The notes beneath the pieces are model-generated. The model saw nothing but the letters and a program-made list of their open reading frames with translations. It did no database searches and was not told where the DNA came from. A DNA stretch of 64,000 nt. Origin: Desulfuromonadales bacterium (lineage in GTDB: Bacteria > Desulfobacterota > Desulfuromonadia > Desulfuromonadales > JAAYDE01). Positions 54,546-63,732 of the stretch are shown here, piece after piece (within the stretch, counting starts at the first letter, position 1; every line of letters begins with the position of its first letter). Location: assembly GCA_963665915.2 (NCBI GenBank), contig CAXXSG010000011.1, positions 68,979-132,978 of the forward strand, given 5' to 3'. The translations under genes were made by a program, and so were the position numbers.

Positions 54546-57023
54546 TCACATTTGGGCGGTTTGAAAAGTTGCAATATCGGCTTCCGTTGTGGAAGCATGA
54601 CGGGTCAGTGCCCAGTCGAGGAGTTGCTCAGAGGGGAGCGCGCGGCTGAACAGATAACCCTGGACGGTATTGCACCCCAGTTCCTGGAGCATGTCCGCCT
54701 GTTCCTGGGTTTCGACCCCTTCGGCCACTGGGTCGATCCCCAGGTGCCCGCATAGGGCTATTACGGCCGAGACGATCAGGGCGTCGTTTTTATCTGTGAG
54801 GATGTCGCGGATGAAGCTGCGGTCGATTTTCAGAGTATCAACGTTAAACAGTTTCAGGTAGCTGAGGGACGAATAACCGGTTCCGAAATCGTCAACTGCC
54901 AGTTTTACCCCCAGTTTTTTGATATGGTGAAGGTTGTTGTTGGCTGCTTTCTGGTTGACCAGGGAGTTTTCGGTAATTTCCAGTTCGAGATTCTTGGCCG
55001 GCAGTCCTGTCAGCTTCAAGGTCTTTTTCAGGATGTTGATAAGGTTTTCCTGCTGTACTTGCTTGGCGGTGAGGTTGACTGCAATTCTCAAATCCCGGAA
55101 ACCGGCATCCCGCCATTGGCTGGTGCGGGTGCAGGTTTCCTTTAACATCCAGCCTGTCAACTCCGAGAGCATGCCGGTTTCGTCAAGAACCGGGATAAAC
55201 TCGTCAGGTGGGACCCAGTTCCCCTTGTGGCGCCATCGAAGCAGGGCCTCCATGGCCACCAGGTCGCCTGTACCAAGCTGCAGCTGAGGCTGGTAGTGAA
55301 TTTCGAATTCTCGTTTTTCAAGGGCCTTGCGCAGACTGTTTTCCAGATCCATGCGTTTGTGGGCCTGGATATTAAGCGCCGGGGTGAAAAATCGGTAGGT
55401 GCCTTTCCCTTCTTCCTTGGCCAGATACATGGCCGTGTCCGCGTTTTTGCACAGAGTGTTGATATTGGTTGCGTCCCGCGGGAAGATGGTAATTCCGATA
55501 CTGGCTGTAATGAAAAGTTCCCGCCCCTCAATTACAAAGCTTCGGGACAGTTTATCCAGGAGCTTTTGCGCGATACTGGCCGGGTACTGAGTATTTTCCA
55601 GGTCCTCAAGAATGATGGTGAACTCATCTCCACCCAGACGGGCAACCGTATCGCTTTCCCGAAGGACTTTGAGCAGTCGGATAGCGACACTGTTGAGCAG
55701 TTTATCCCCAATGGGATGACCCAGACTGTCGTTTATGGCTTTGAACCGGTCGAGGTCAATGAAAAGCAGGGCAACGTTTGAGCCCTTCCGCTTGGCGTGA
55801 GTAATGGCATGCGCCAGGCGTTCCTGAAACAGGTTGCGATTGGGCAGGTCGGTGAGGGTGTCGTAATTGGCCAGATAGGTCATCTTCCTTTCCGCATGGC
55901 GCTGTTCAGTCACGTCCTGAATGGTCCCGAGACAGCCCTTTCTTTCGACGGTTGGTTCACCCTGAAGATGCACAATACGCTCTTCATTGTTGCGGAAAAA
56001 GGTGAATTCCACGGAAACCGGTTTTTTTATGGAAAGATTCAAAGCTCTGGCTATCCGGTTGCGTTCGCTGAGCGTCAGGAGCGCAAGAAGATTATCAACT
56101 GTCGGCTTAAAATCCCCAGGGTTTATCCCCATGACTCGAAATGCGCCGCTGGAAAGGATCAACTCCTCTGTTTCGTGGCTCCATTCCCAACTGCCGAGGC
56201 CGGCCATTTCCTGTGCTTTGGAAAGAAGCTGGCCGGTTTTTTTGAGGTCGCCGGCCATTTTGTTGAGAGCTTGCCCAAGGTCGCCAATTTCATCCGCGGT
56301 ATGCACTTTGAGCTGGTGTTCCAGGTTACCGGCAGCAAACTGATCAGCCGCCAGGGTCATATCGGCCAGTGGTCTGGAAAGCGAATGGGAAAGTCGCCAG
56401 CTCAGATAAAAACCGAGCCCCATGGTGAGGCCTATACCCGCGATAGCCAGGAGTATCAGAGTGGTGCCGAAATTTTCCCAGAGGCTGTCAAGCTCTTTTT
56501 CAAGACTTTTGATTGGCGTGTGAAAAAGAGTGTTCGATATGTCTACTTTGGCGTAACCAGCTGTTTCCGCTGCATAGCCGATGGCGAGAAAAAGCTCATG
56601 TCCTTCTTCCGTCTGAATGAGGACGGGAGAATTGGGTGAAAGGTCTGCTGGAATTTTGATGCTTTCCCCATAATGGGGATTCGAATCGCTGCCGTCGGTA
56701 AGCACCCGGCTGTTTTTGTCAAGGATAAAAATGGAGTGCGTCGGTAACCAGCGGCTGATCTGGCGAATCTCATCATTGATGCCGGATATGTCGAGATTAA
56801 AAAGAGGGTTGAAAAGACGGTTGCTCAGATAATGACCGCTTTCCAGCAATGCTTCTTTCTGGTTGATGACCTGAGCCTGGGTATAGGCGTCCTTGAGCTG
56901 GTTGTGAAGATTCTGGGTCAGAGAAAACCAGAAAATTCCGGCCACTGAAAGCAGGGCGACAATGAGGACAGCCAGGAGGCCGGCAAAGCAGATTGCATAT
57001 TTAGTGCTGAGAGTACGGTTCAC
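54546..57023 (-). CDS. Membrane sensor diguanylate cyclase / phosphodiesterase (periplasmic region - HAMP - PAS - GGDEF - EAL)
   Basis: 825 aa. Intact GGDEF (ARLGGDEFTI), EAL (MEALLRW) with DDFGTGYSS, and HAMP (AAGNLEHQLKVHTADEIGDLGQALNKM). GTG start overlaps the upstream gene stop (GTGA). Confidence 0.85.
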   Translation of the reverse strand: MNRTLSTKYAICFAGLLAVLIVALLSVAGIFWFSLTQNLHNQLKDAYTQAQVINQKEALLESGHYLSNRLFNPLFNLDISGINDEIRQISRWLPTHSIFILDKNSRVLTDGSDSNPHYGESIKIPADLSPNSPVLIQTEEGHELFLAIGYAAETAGYAKVDISNTLFHTPIKSLEKELDSLWENFGTTLILLAIAGIGLTMGLGFYLSWRLSHSLSRPLADMTLAADQFAAGNLEHQLKVHTADEIGDLGQALNKMAGDLKKTGQLLSKAQEMAGLGSWEWSHETEELILSSGAFRVMGINPGDFKPTVDNLLALLTLSERNRIARALNLSIKKPVSVEFTFFRNNEERIVHLQGEPTVERKGCLGTIQDVTEQRHAERKMTYLANYDTLTDLPNRNLFQERLAHAITHAKRKGSNVALLFIDLDRFKAINDSLGHPIGDKLLNSVAIRLLKVLRESDTVARLGGDEFTIILEDLENTQYPASIAQKLLDKLSRSFVIEGRELFITASIGITIFPRDATNINTLCKNADTAMYLAKEEGKGTYRFFTPALNIQAHKRMDLENSLRKALEKREFEIHYQPQLQLGTGDLVAMEALLRWRHKGNWVPPDEFIPVLDETGMLSELTGWMLKETCTRTSQWRDAGFRDLRIAVNLTAKQVQQENLINILKKTLKLTGLPAKNLELEITENSLVNQKAANNNLHHIKKLGVKLAVDDFGTGYSSLSYLKLFNVDTLKIDRSFIRDILTDKNDALIVSAVIALCGHLGIDPVAEGVETQEQADMLQELGCNTVQGYLFSRALPSEQLLDWALTRHASTTEADIATFQTAQM

Positions 57024-57961
57024 TTTTTCAGCCCAGTGTCGTTAAAAAGTTTCCGCCAGTGATCAAGGTTTTTACGGTCGGCTTCGGAAAGTCTCTCAAA
57101 ACGGGCAATACTTACAGCTTTGTGGAGAGCAGACTGACCTTCTTCCGATTCATGCATCCGGATAAGAATATCGTTAACAGCCTGTCGCACATGAGGTTTT
57201 ACAGTCGTAACGAATGAGAACAGCCACCGCAAAAGGGGCTTAGTCTGGTGAATTATGCGAAGTTCTTCCCGGATTTGGGAAGGGGTACGCTGCCAGTCTC
57301 CGTCGTTAAAGGCTCCTGCTTCGGTCTTGCCCCGCTGCACCCAGTAAGCCTGATTGGCTTCCGAGTCGGCAAAGAGGTATTGGACTGCATCTGTTGGAAC
57401 TTCCGGCCCGGCAGGAAATATCTTCAAGCCGTGGTTCAGCAACGTAATGCGTGGGAGGTAATAGGCGGAGGTGGAGCGGGGGGACTCAAAGGCAATGTTA
57501 TGTCCCGCAAGATCCTCCAGATGCTTAATAGCGCTCTCTTTGCGCACGAAAAAAACAGTGTAATACTGGCGCTGGCCTTTTCTCCAGACGATGAGTTGGG
57601 GGTCGACTTTCCCGGTATCTCGCTCCACCTCGAAAGTTGGCATTATCCCTTCGATGAAGGAATCTACTTCGCCATGTTGGATTTTTTCAGATAGATCGTT
57701 CACGCTTTTGGCAATGATAAGCTTATCAACATGGATATTCTTTTCAGCCAGCCGCTTTTTCAGGTAGGCATGGAGTTTGGCGTATTGGCTGAGGGCGAGG
57801 TCTGGCTGGTCGAGGCGCTCGTTGACGACGCAAAGTCGGAAATTTGACGATTCGGCATGGCCGGGCGTTGAGCAGAGAGGCAAGCCGGCAATTATCAGGA
57901 GAAAAATGAAAAAAAACCCCGAATTTCGCATAAAAAAAATTTTTAAATCAGAAAAAAGCAT
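57020..57961 (-). CDS. Periplasmic substrate-binding protein, PhnD / phosphonate-type SBP fold, co-operonic with the GGDEF-EAL sensor
   Basis: 313 aa with a signal peptide. The overall pattern resembles PhnD-like type 2 binding proteins. No ABC permease or ATPase is adjacent. Confidence 0.55.
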   Translation of the reverse strand: MLFSDLKIFFMRNSGFFFIFLLIIAGLPLCSTPGHAESSNFRLCVVNERLDQPDLALSQYAKLHAYLKKRLAEKNIHVDKLIIAKSVNDLSEKIQHGEVDSFIEGIMPTFEVERDTGKVDPQLIVWRKGQRQYYTVFFVRKESAIKHLEDLAGHNIAFESPRSTSAYYLPRITLLNHGLKIFPAGPEVPTDAVQYLFADSEANQAYWVQRGKTEAGAFNDGDWQRTPSQIREELRIIHQTKPLLRWLFSFVTTVKPHVRQAVNDILIRMHESEEGQSALHKAVSIARFERLSEADRKNLDHWRKLFNDTGLKK

Positions 57962-58229
57962 TATTCCGGCTTATTTTTTAGAATAAGGGTCGGTTGGTCC
58001 TAGTATTCGCAACAACAGATCGATTTTTCAGAAAGACCGATTGGAAATGATCACTTTCCTGAAAAAGTAGATGAAAATCCTTTAAGTTAAAGGGGTTAAG
58101 GGGAAAATAGCCAAGGTTTCGTCAGGGGAAAAGAGTCGAAACAACCCGGCGTTACAGTGGTTTTTCAAAATTTGGAAACATTAGGGGGCTTTGCAGAATT
58201 TTGGCCAAGTGAAAATTTTACGGGATTCT

Positions 58230-59051
58230 TCAGACCAATGGTCTTGCGGCGTCGAGCAGAATGAGAGCGAAAACTGCGACCATTGCCAGGTTCAGATGGA
58301 GGAACAGCCTCCGGTATTGATCTGGCTTGCCGGTAGTGGAATAAAGGTTTTTGAGACCGAGGAATAATCCACCACCGGCCAGCAGAAAAAGTCCCCCCTG
58401 GAGCCACGCATTCCGAACCACTTCGAAACCGGCCAGCATGGAAATTCCCCCCAGGAAGGATATTAGCCAGACCATGGCCACCCGTTTGAACTGGTTTCTG
58501 TCGATGTGATCGAAAATGCTCGGCAGGCCGGCTTTCTGAAAATCTTCGGAGTGTGTAGCCGCGAGAAACCAGAAATGGGGAATCTGCCAGAGGAAGAGAA
58601 GCGCTGACAGCAGCCATATACGGTAGTCCTCAATCGGTCCGCCGGCCGCCAGCCAGCCCATCAGAGGGGGCAGGGCTCCGCACACTCCGCCCGGTAGCAG
58701 GCAGAGGGTGGAGCGTGGTTTCAGCAAGGTGTAAATGCCGTTATAGAGAAGGAGGCACAACAGGCCCAGAGCCAGTACTGTTCCGTTTCCGGTCTGAAAA
58801 AGAGAAGCCAGACCTGTCGCGATGAGGGCCAGGCTGATGGTCAGTCCCTTGCCTCGGGAAAGTCGCCCTGCCGTGATGGGGCGGGAGCTGGTGCGCTCCA
58901 TCAGGCGGTCGCTTTTGAGCTCCTGAACCTGATTGAGAAGCGTGGCCCCGGAAGCGAGGAAAAATACGCCTGCCGCGAGGTAGAGAGCATCCAGGGGGTG
59001 GAAGTTGAAGCGGTAGAGATAAAATCCGCACACTGAGGAGAGGGTTACCAT
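58230..59051 (-). CDS. ctaB: Protoheme IX farnesyltransferase (heme O synthase)
   Basis: About 273 aa from MVTLSS. UbiA-family motifs NQVQELKSDRLMERTSSRPITAG and polytopic. The track ORF start 59231 overlaps the coxII 3' end. Confidence 0.8.
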   Translation of the reverse strand: MVTLSSVCGFYLYRFNFHPLDALYLAAGVFFLASGATLLNQVQELKSDRLMERTSSRPITAGRLSRGKGLTISLALIATGLASLFQTGNGTVLALGLLCLLLYNGIYTLLKPRSTLCLLPGGVCGALPPLMGWLAAGGPIEDYRIWLLSALLFLWQIPHFWFLAATHSEDFQKAGLPSIFDHIDRNQFKRVAMVWLISFLGGISMLAGFEVVRNAWLQGGLFLLAGGGLFLGLKNLYSTTGKPDQYRRLFLHLNLAMVAVFALILLDAARPLV

Positions 59052-59094
59052 GGCGGAAATGGGGAGGCGGAAACTCCGCGCGATGCTGATGAAG

Positions 59095-60009
59095 CTACTC
59101 CAGGGTCTTGAGGTAGCCAATGATATCCTCGATCTCTTTTTCCGGCATATCGGCAAAACTCTGCATGACGGGCGGGTAGCCTTTGACAATATCGGCCTGT
59201 GGCTGAAGTATCGATTTTTTGATATAGGCATCGTCGACGGTGATGGTTTCCTCTATCCCTTGCCGGGTCACCACCGTTACCCGGCCGAAAATCCCCTTGA
59301 AGGAAGGGCCGATCCGTTTGCTGCCGTCGAGGGAGTGGCAGGCCATGCAGCCGTAGCGGGTGACCAGGTCTTTCCCCGTCGGCCTTTCCGCCTTCGAAGA
59401 TGGCTTTTCCTTCCGATACCATTGATTGAACTCGGATTCCGGTACGGCTTCCACAGTGGTAATCATGCTCGAATGTCCCACTCCGCAGAATTCGGCGCAG
59501 AAAATATCGTAGGAACCGGGACCGGGAGCCCGGAACCAGGCGTAGTTACTCATGCCCGGAACGGCATCCCGCTTGACGCGGAATGCGGGGATATAAAAGC
59601 TGTGGAGCACATCTTCGGAAAAGATTTCCACCTTGACCGCCTTCCCGATCGGCACGTACAGCTTGTCACTGGTCTTTCCGTTTTCGTACTCAAAGGTCCA
59701 GGTCCACATGCGCCCGGTCACCTTGACCTGAAGGGCGTCGGCAGGGACCTGTCGCAGTGCCAGATAGCCCGTCCACCCATAGTAGAACATGGCCAGGAAG
59801 ATCAGGGTGGGAATAACTGTCCAGGTGATCTCAAGCCAGATGTTGTGGTTCGGGCTCGGTTCCGGAGCAGGATGGCGTTTGCGGTTGTAGCGGAAAACAA
59901 AAAAAATCATGACCAGCGTGACCGCCGCCAGGAAGAACAGGGTTACCCCAAAAATATAGATGAAAACGGGGTCGACCTTTTCAGTTGTGGTAAACAGTTG
60001 CGGGTTCAA
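59095..60009 (-). CDS. coxB: Cytochrome c oxidase subunit II with a fused C-terminal cytochrome c domain (caa3 type)
   Basis: 304 aa. Two N-terminal TM segments, CuA site HSFYIP...CAEFCGVGHSSM, and heme-c motif CMACHS. Confidence 0.9.
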   Translation of the reverse strand: MNPQLFTTTEKVDPVFIYIFGVTLFFLAAVTLVMIFFVFRYNRKRHPAPEPSPNHNIWLEITWTVIPTLIFLAMFYYGWTGYLALRQVPADALQVKVTGRMWTWTFEYENGKTSDKLYVPIGKAVKVEIFSEDVLHSFYIPAFRVKRDAVPGMSNYAWFRAPGPGSYDIFCAEFCGVGHSSMITTVEAVPESEFNQWYRKEKPSSKAERPTGKDLVTRYGCMACHSLDGSKRIGPSFKGIFGRVTVVTRQGIEETITVDDAYIKKSILQPQADIVKGYPPVMQSFADMPEKEIEDIIGYLKTLE

Positions 60010-60018
60010 ATTGCTTTC

Positions 60019-60303
60019 CTATCGGTACAGTACATCAAAAAAGTTGAGCCCGATGAAAATGGCAAGTGTCAGAAAAGCGATCAGCAGAAACAGTTTCAGA
60101 TAGAGCGGTTCGTTCTTCAGGTGCATGAAGAAAAAGATGACCAGCGCCGACTTAAGCGAAGCGATCCCCAGAGCTGCCGCGATATTGAAGGGGCCGAGAT
60201 GTATCCGCGAGACAATGATCGTGATCGCGGTCAGGGCCAGAAGGAGCAGCCAGACGATCACCTGGGTACGATAACCGATTATGTGAGTTGTTTCTTTCTC
60301 CAT
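60019..60303 (-). CDS. Cytochrome c oxidase subunit IV (small, three-TM prokaryotic type)
   Basis: 94 aa, three hydrophobic segments, positioned inside the cox cluster. Confidence 0.65.
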   Translation of the reverse strand: MEKETTHIIGYRTQVIVWLLLLALTAITIIVSRIHLGPFNIAAALGIASLKSALVIFFFMHLKNEPLYLKLFLLIAFLTLAIFIGLNFFDVLYR

Positions 60304-60457
60304 ATCAAACCCCGCCAGGGTGTTGAAAAACGGTGTCTTTGGTCCTCATACTGCGTTGCGCAGATTTTTCAAATGCTCACATATTATGTTATATGCTCCG
60401 CTTTTCAAAATTTATGCGCCTTGTCTGAGAACAAAATTCTGGTTTTTTAACACCCTG

Positions 60458-61078
60458 TTATAGCAGCAGATAATAAAGCGGAAAGATGAAAATCCAGATC
60501 AGGTCGACCAGATGCCAGTAGAGACCGCTGACTTCGAGCTGGATGAAATCATCCCCGTGAATGGACCCGTTTCTGACCCGGGCAGCCATGATCAGGATGA
60601 TGAAAAGCCCGATCAGGACGTGCAGCCCGTGGAGTCCGGTGGTCACGAAATAAAGTCCGAAAAAAATAATCTCCCCGCGTGCCATTTCGCTGAGCACCGC
60701 GGAATCGGGATAGATGCCGTGGCCGATTTTTGCCGACCACTCCACATATTTAATACCCAGAAAAAGCAGCGCCGAGACCACCGTCCCGAATAAAAGAAGG
60801 ATGGTTGGGGTTTTTTTGTTTTGCTGCACTGCGGTAACTGCCAGCGCGACAAAGAGGCTGCTGGTCAGCAGAACAACCGTATTGCTCCCCCCCAGAACGA
60901 GGTCCAGCCGGTGGGCGGCCTGCGCGAATTCGACAGGATACCGGGCCAGGTAGACGGCATAGAGGACGAAGAGCCCGCCGAAGAGGATGACCTCGGTAAA
61001 CAGGAACAGCCACATCCCGAGCTTGGCTCCCTGGGGATCGTTTTCTTCAAGATGTCCGTTGTTACTGTTCGAAATCAT
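60458..61078 (-). CDS. coxC: Cytochrome c oxidase subunit III
   Basis: About 206 aa from MISNSNNGH. LGMWLFLFTEVILFGGLF and HGLHVLIG motifs. 17-nt overlap with the coxI end. Confidence 0.85.
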   Translation of the reverse strand: MISNSNNGHLEENDPQGAKLGMWLFLFTEVILFGGLFVLYAVYLARYPVEFAQAAHRLDLVLGGSNTVVLLTSSLFVALAVTAVQQNKKTPTILLLFGTVVSALLFLGIKYVEWSAKIGHGIYPDSAVLSEMARGEIIFFGLYFVTTGLHGLHVLIGLFIILIMAARVRNGSIHGDDFIQLEVSGLYWHLVDLIWIFIFPLYYLLL

Positions 61079-62681
61079 AAGGCCCTTTGGTGATGACCGG
61101 TTCTTCCTTGAAATTGACATGCGGCAGGGGGGAAGGGAGGGTCCATTCCAGGGTTTTTGCTCCCCAGGGATTGTCTCCGGCCTTTTCCCCCTTCAAAGCG
61201 CCGCGTATCAGGTTGAAAAACATGAGCCCGAGACCGGCGGCCAGGATCCAGGAGCCGACGGTGGCGATCAGGTTCAGAAGATGAAATTCCGGCAGATAAT
61301 CGAAATAGCGTCGCGGCATGCCGCGCAGGCCGACAATTTTCATGGAAAAATAAAGGATATTGAACCCAGCGAAAAGCAGACCCCAGGCTATCGTGGCAAT
61401 TTTTTTGTTGTAAAGACGACCCGTAAATTTTGGAAACCAGTAATGAAGAGCCGCGAAAAAGGCGAATCCGGTCCCGCCGAACATGACGTAATGGAAATGG
61501 CCGACCACGAAATGGGTGTCATGGACATGGATGTTGGTGGCCGCCGAGCCGAGAACCAGGCCGGAGATTCCGCCCAGAGAAAAAAGGAAGACAAAGGCCA
61601 GGGCGAAAAGCATGGGCGGATCGAGGGATATGGACCCTTTGTAAAGGGTGGCCACCCAGTTGAAGACCTTGATGGCGGAAGGAATGGCAACCAGAAAAGT
61701 GAGAAGTGAGAAGACAAAAATGGCCATGTCGCTTATCCCGCTCACGAACATGTGGTGGGCCCAGACGAGGGAGCCGAAGAGAGCGATGGCCAGGCTCGAA
61801 AAGGCGATGGCCCAGTAGCCGAAAATATGTTTGCGGGCGAAAACCGGAATGATGTCCGTAACGATCCCCATAGCCGGCAGGATCATGATATAGACCGCCG
61901 GATGGGAATAGATCCAGAACATATGCTGATACATGATCGGGTCGCCCCCCTTGGTCGGGTCGAAGAGCCCTATCCCGAAAATCCTTTCCAGGACGATAAG
62001 CGTGACCGTGATCCCGAGAATGGGGGTGGCCAGGACCTGCACCCAGGCCGTGGCATAGAGGGACCAGGTGAAGAGAGTCAGTCTTCCCCAAGTCATCCCC
62101 CGCGCGCGCAGGCGGTGAACCGTGGTAATAAAGTTCAGGCCGGTGAGAATCGAGGAGAAACCGAGGATGAAGACCCCGAAGGCGGCCATGGAGACATTGG
62201 TCGCGGTTTTGGTGCTGAACGGGACATAGAAGGTCCAGCCGGTGTCGGGTGGCCCGCCGCCGCTGAAAAGCGAGGTCAGGGCGAGCATCCCGCCGAGGAC
62301 ATAGAGCCACCAGGACAGGAGGTTGAGGCGTGGGAACGCCACGTCATTGGCGCCGATCTGGATCGGCATGAACAGGTTGCCGAAAACCCCGGGAATACCG
62401 GGGATGATGAACAGAAAAATCATGACCACGCCATGGACCGTGAACAGGGCGTTGTAGGTCTGGGCGTTGACGATGGTCTGCCCCGGAGCGATCAGTTCGA
62501 GGCGGATCAGGAGGCCTAGGAGAGCACCGACGCAGAACATGGAAAGCACCGAGTAGAGGTAGAGCATTCCAATGCGCTTGTGATCGGTGGAAAAGATCCA
62601 GCTCAAAATGCCCGAGTCTTCGCCGCTGCCGCCGAGAAATCCCCGATCTTCGATCTTTGGTGAAGGACGCAGTTGGGTCAT
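61062..62681 (-). CDS. coxA: Cytochrome c oxidase subunit I
   Basis: 539 aa. TDHKRIGMLY, heme/CuB ligands in WFFGHPEVY-like FWIYSHPAVYIMILP, and HHMF, VVGHFHYV. Confidence 0.95.
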   Translation of the reverse strand: MTQLRPSPKIEDRGFLGGSGEDSGILSWIFSTDHKRIGMLYLYSVLSMFCVGALLGLLIRLELIAPGQTIVNAQTYNALFTVHGVVMIFLFIIPGIPGVFGNLFMPIQIGANDVAFPRLNLLSWWLYVLGGMLALTSLFSGGGPPDTGWTFYVPFSTKTATNVSMAAFGVFILGFSSILTGLNFITTVHRLRARGMTWGRLTLFTWSLYATAWVQVLATPILGITVTLIVLERIFGIGLFDPTKGGDPIMYQHMFWIYSHPAVYIMILPAMGIVTDIIPVFARKHIFGYWAIAFSSLAIALFGSLVWAHHMFVSGISDMAIFVFSLLTFLVAIPSAIKVFNWVATLYKGSISLDPPMLFALAFVFLFSLGGISGLVLGSAATNIHVHDTHFVVGHFHYVMFGGTGFAFFAALHYWFPKFTGRLYNKKIATIAWGLLFAGFNILYFSMKIVGLRGMPRRYFDYLPEFHLLNLIATVGSWILAAGLGLMFFNLIRGALKGEKAGDNPWGAKTLEWTLPSPLPHVNFKEEPVITKGPYDFEQ

Positions 62682-62731
62682 GGTTTTATTTATCTCTTAT
62701 TGAAACTATTCACGTTGTTGCTTGACCGGTT

Positions 62732-62814
62732 CCAGGCGCCCATTCCAAGGGCCGCATAAACTTAACTGTCACCATCCAGGCGCCAGAATACCATTCCCAT
62801 GGGCGCCGGGAGTC
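62732..62814. repeat. Copy B of the repeated GC-rich palindromic element, in the sco-coxI intergenic spacer
   Basis: See copy A at 31084-31155. B has the same core and the same closing stem, plus about 10 extra nt. Confidence 0.7.
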
Positions 62815-62829
62815 GATTGTGCTGAATCG

Positions 62830-63732
62830 TTACGGTTTTTTCTTTTTTCTTCCGGTCAGGATCAGAAAGGTCAGCAGCCCTCCCAGGGTGATCAGGATAA
62901 CGGTGGCGGAGATGCGCAGCAGGTTGAAGACATAGGTTTTCTGCTCGGGATCGTAGCTGAAGCAGAAGCTCACCAGCTTGCGCACGGTTCGCCCTTCTTT
63001 CCCTTCGGCGGCTTCCATCAGCGCCAGGGTGAGATCCATTGGGAGAAAAGAGGTGCCGTACAGGTAGCGGGCGATTTTCCCATCCGGAGAAACGATGAAG
63101 ATGGCCACCGGATGGAGGAAATCCTTCCCCTGGCGCATAAAGCGGTAGCCGGCCGCATCGGTCAGTTGATGGATGGTATGGATATCCCCGCTAAGAAAAG
63201 ACCAGGCTTCCACGGGAAATTCGTTATTCATGGCGGTCATGTAGATGGTTTGACTGCGGTGAGCCGTTGCGACGGTTTCGGTCTCGTCAAAGCTGATGGA
63301 GATGACTCGGAACTCTTTTCCTGGTTTGAGCTTGACGTTCCTCAGAACCTCGGCCAGCCCGGCCTGGAGAAAGTTGCAGACATTGGGGCAGCGGTAATAG
63401 ACCGGGGCGATGATGGTCGGAACGGTTATCAACTCGCGCAGGGTGACCGTCTCTCCCGTGGCATCGGTGAAGCGCAGATCGAGCGGAATATGCTCGCCAA
63501 GCTTTTCCGTCAACCCGACCTTGTCCCCCATATCGGCAGGGGTCTCGGGATGGACGTGCATGGTTGCGTGGTTTTCCGGCGCCGCGGCTTTTTCCTTCCC
63601 GCCATGATCGTGATGCATCATGGGTTGGGATGTTTCCTCCGCTGTTGCCGGGAAACCCAGGAAAAAAGGCAGAATGAGAATCGAGAGGATCAAGAGCATG
63701 ATGCCGGGATTTTTGTAGAGGTAATATCTCAT
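62830..63732 (-). CDS. SCO1/SenC-family copper chaperone (thioredoxin fold)
   Basis: About 300 aa from MRYYLYKNPG. N-terminal signal/anchor, CxxxC motif YRCPNVC with a downstream His, and an additional C-terminal TM segment plus a KKKK tail. Confidence 0.8.
   Translation of the reverse strand: MRYYLYKNPGIMLLILSILILPFFLGFPATAEETSQPMMHHDHGGKEKAAAPENHATMHVHPETPADMGDKVGLTEKLGEHIPLDLRFTDATGETVTLRELITVPTIIAPVYYRCPNVCNFLQAGLAEVLRNVKLKPGKEFRVISISFDETETVATAHRSQTIYMTAMNNEFPVEAWSFLSGDIHTIHQLTDAAGYRFMRQGKDFLHPVAIFIVSPDGKIARYLYGTSFLPMDLTLALMEAAEGKEGRTVRKLVSFCFSYDPEQKTYVFNLLRISATVILITLGGLLTFLILTGRKKKKP

Noticed and set aside
59050-60450. 466-aa plus-strand ORF spanning coxII and coxIV; likewise 62722-63777 (351 aa) opposite sco, 61752-62519 opposite coxI, and 55797-56639 opposite the GGDEF-EAL gene
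   Set aside because: All are antisense to genes with diagnostic motifs (CuA site, heme-copper ligands, CxxxC, GGDEF/EAL). Part of 62722-63777 owes its start to the repeated hairpin element.
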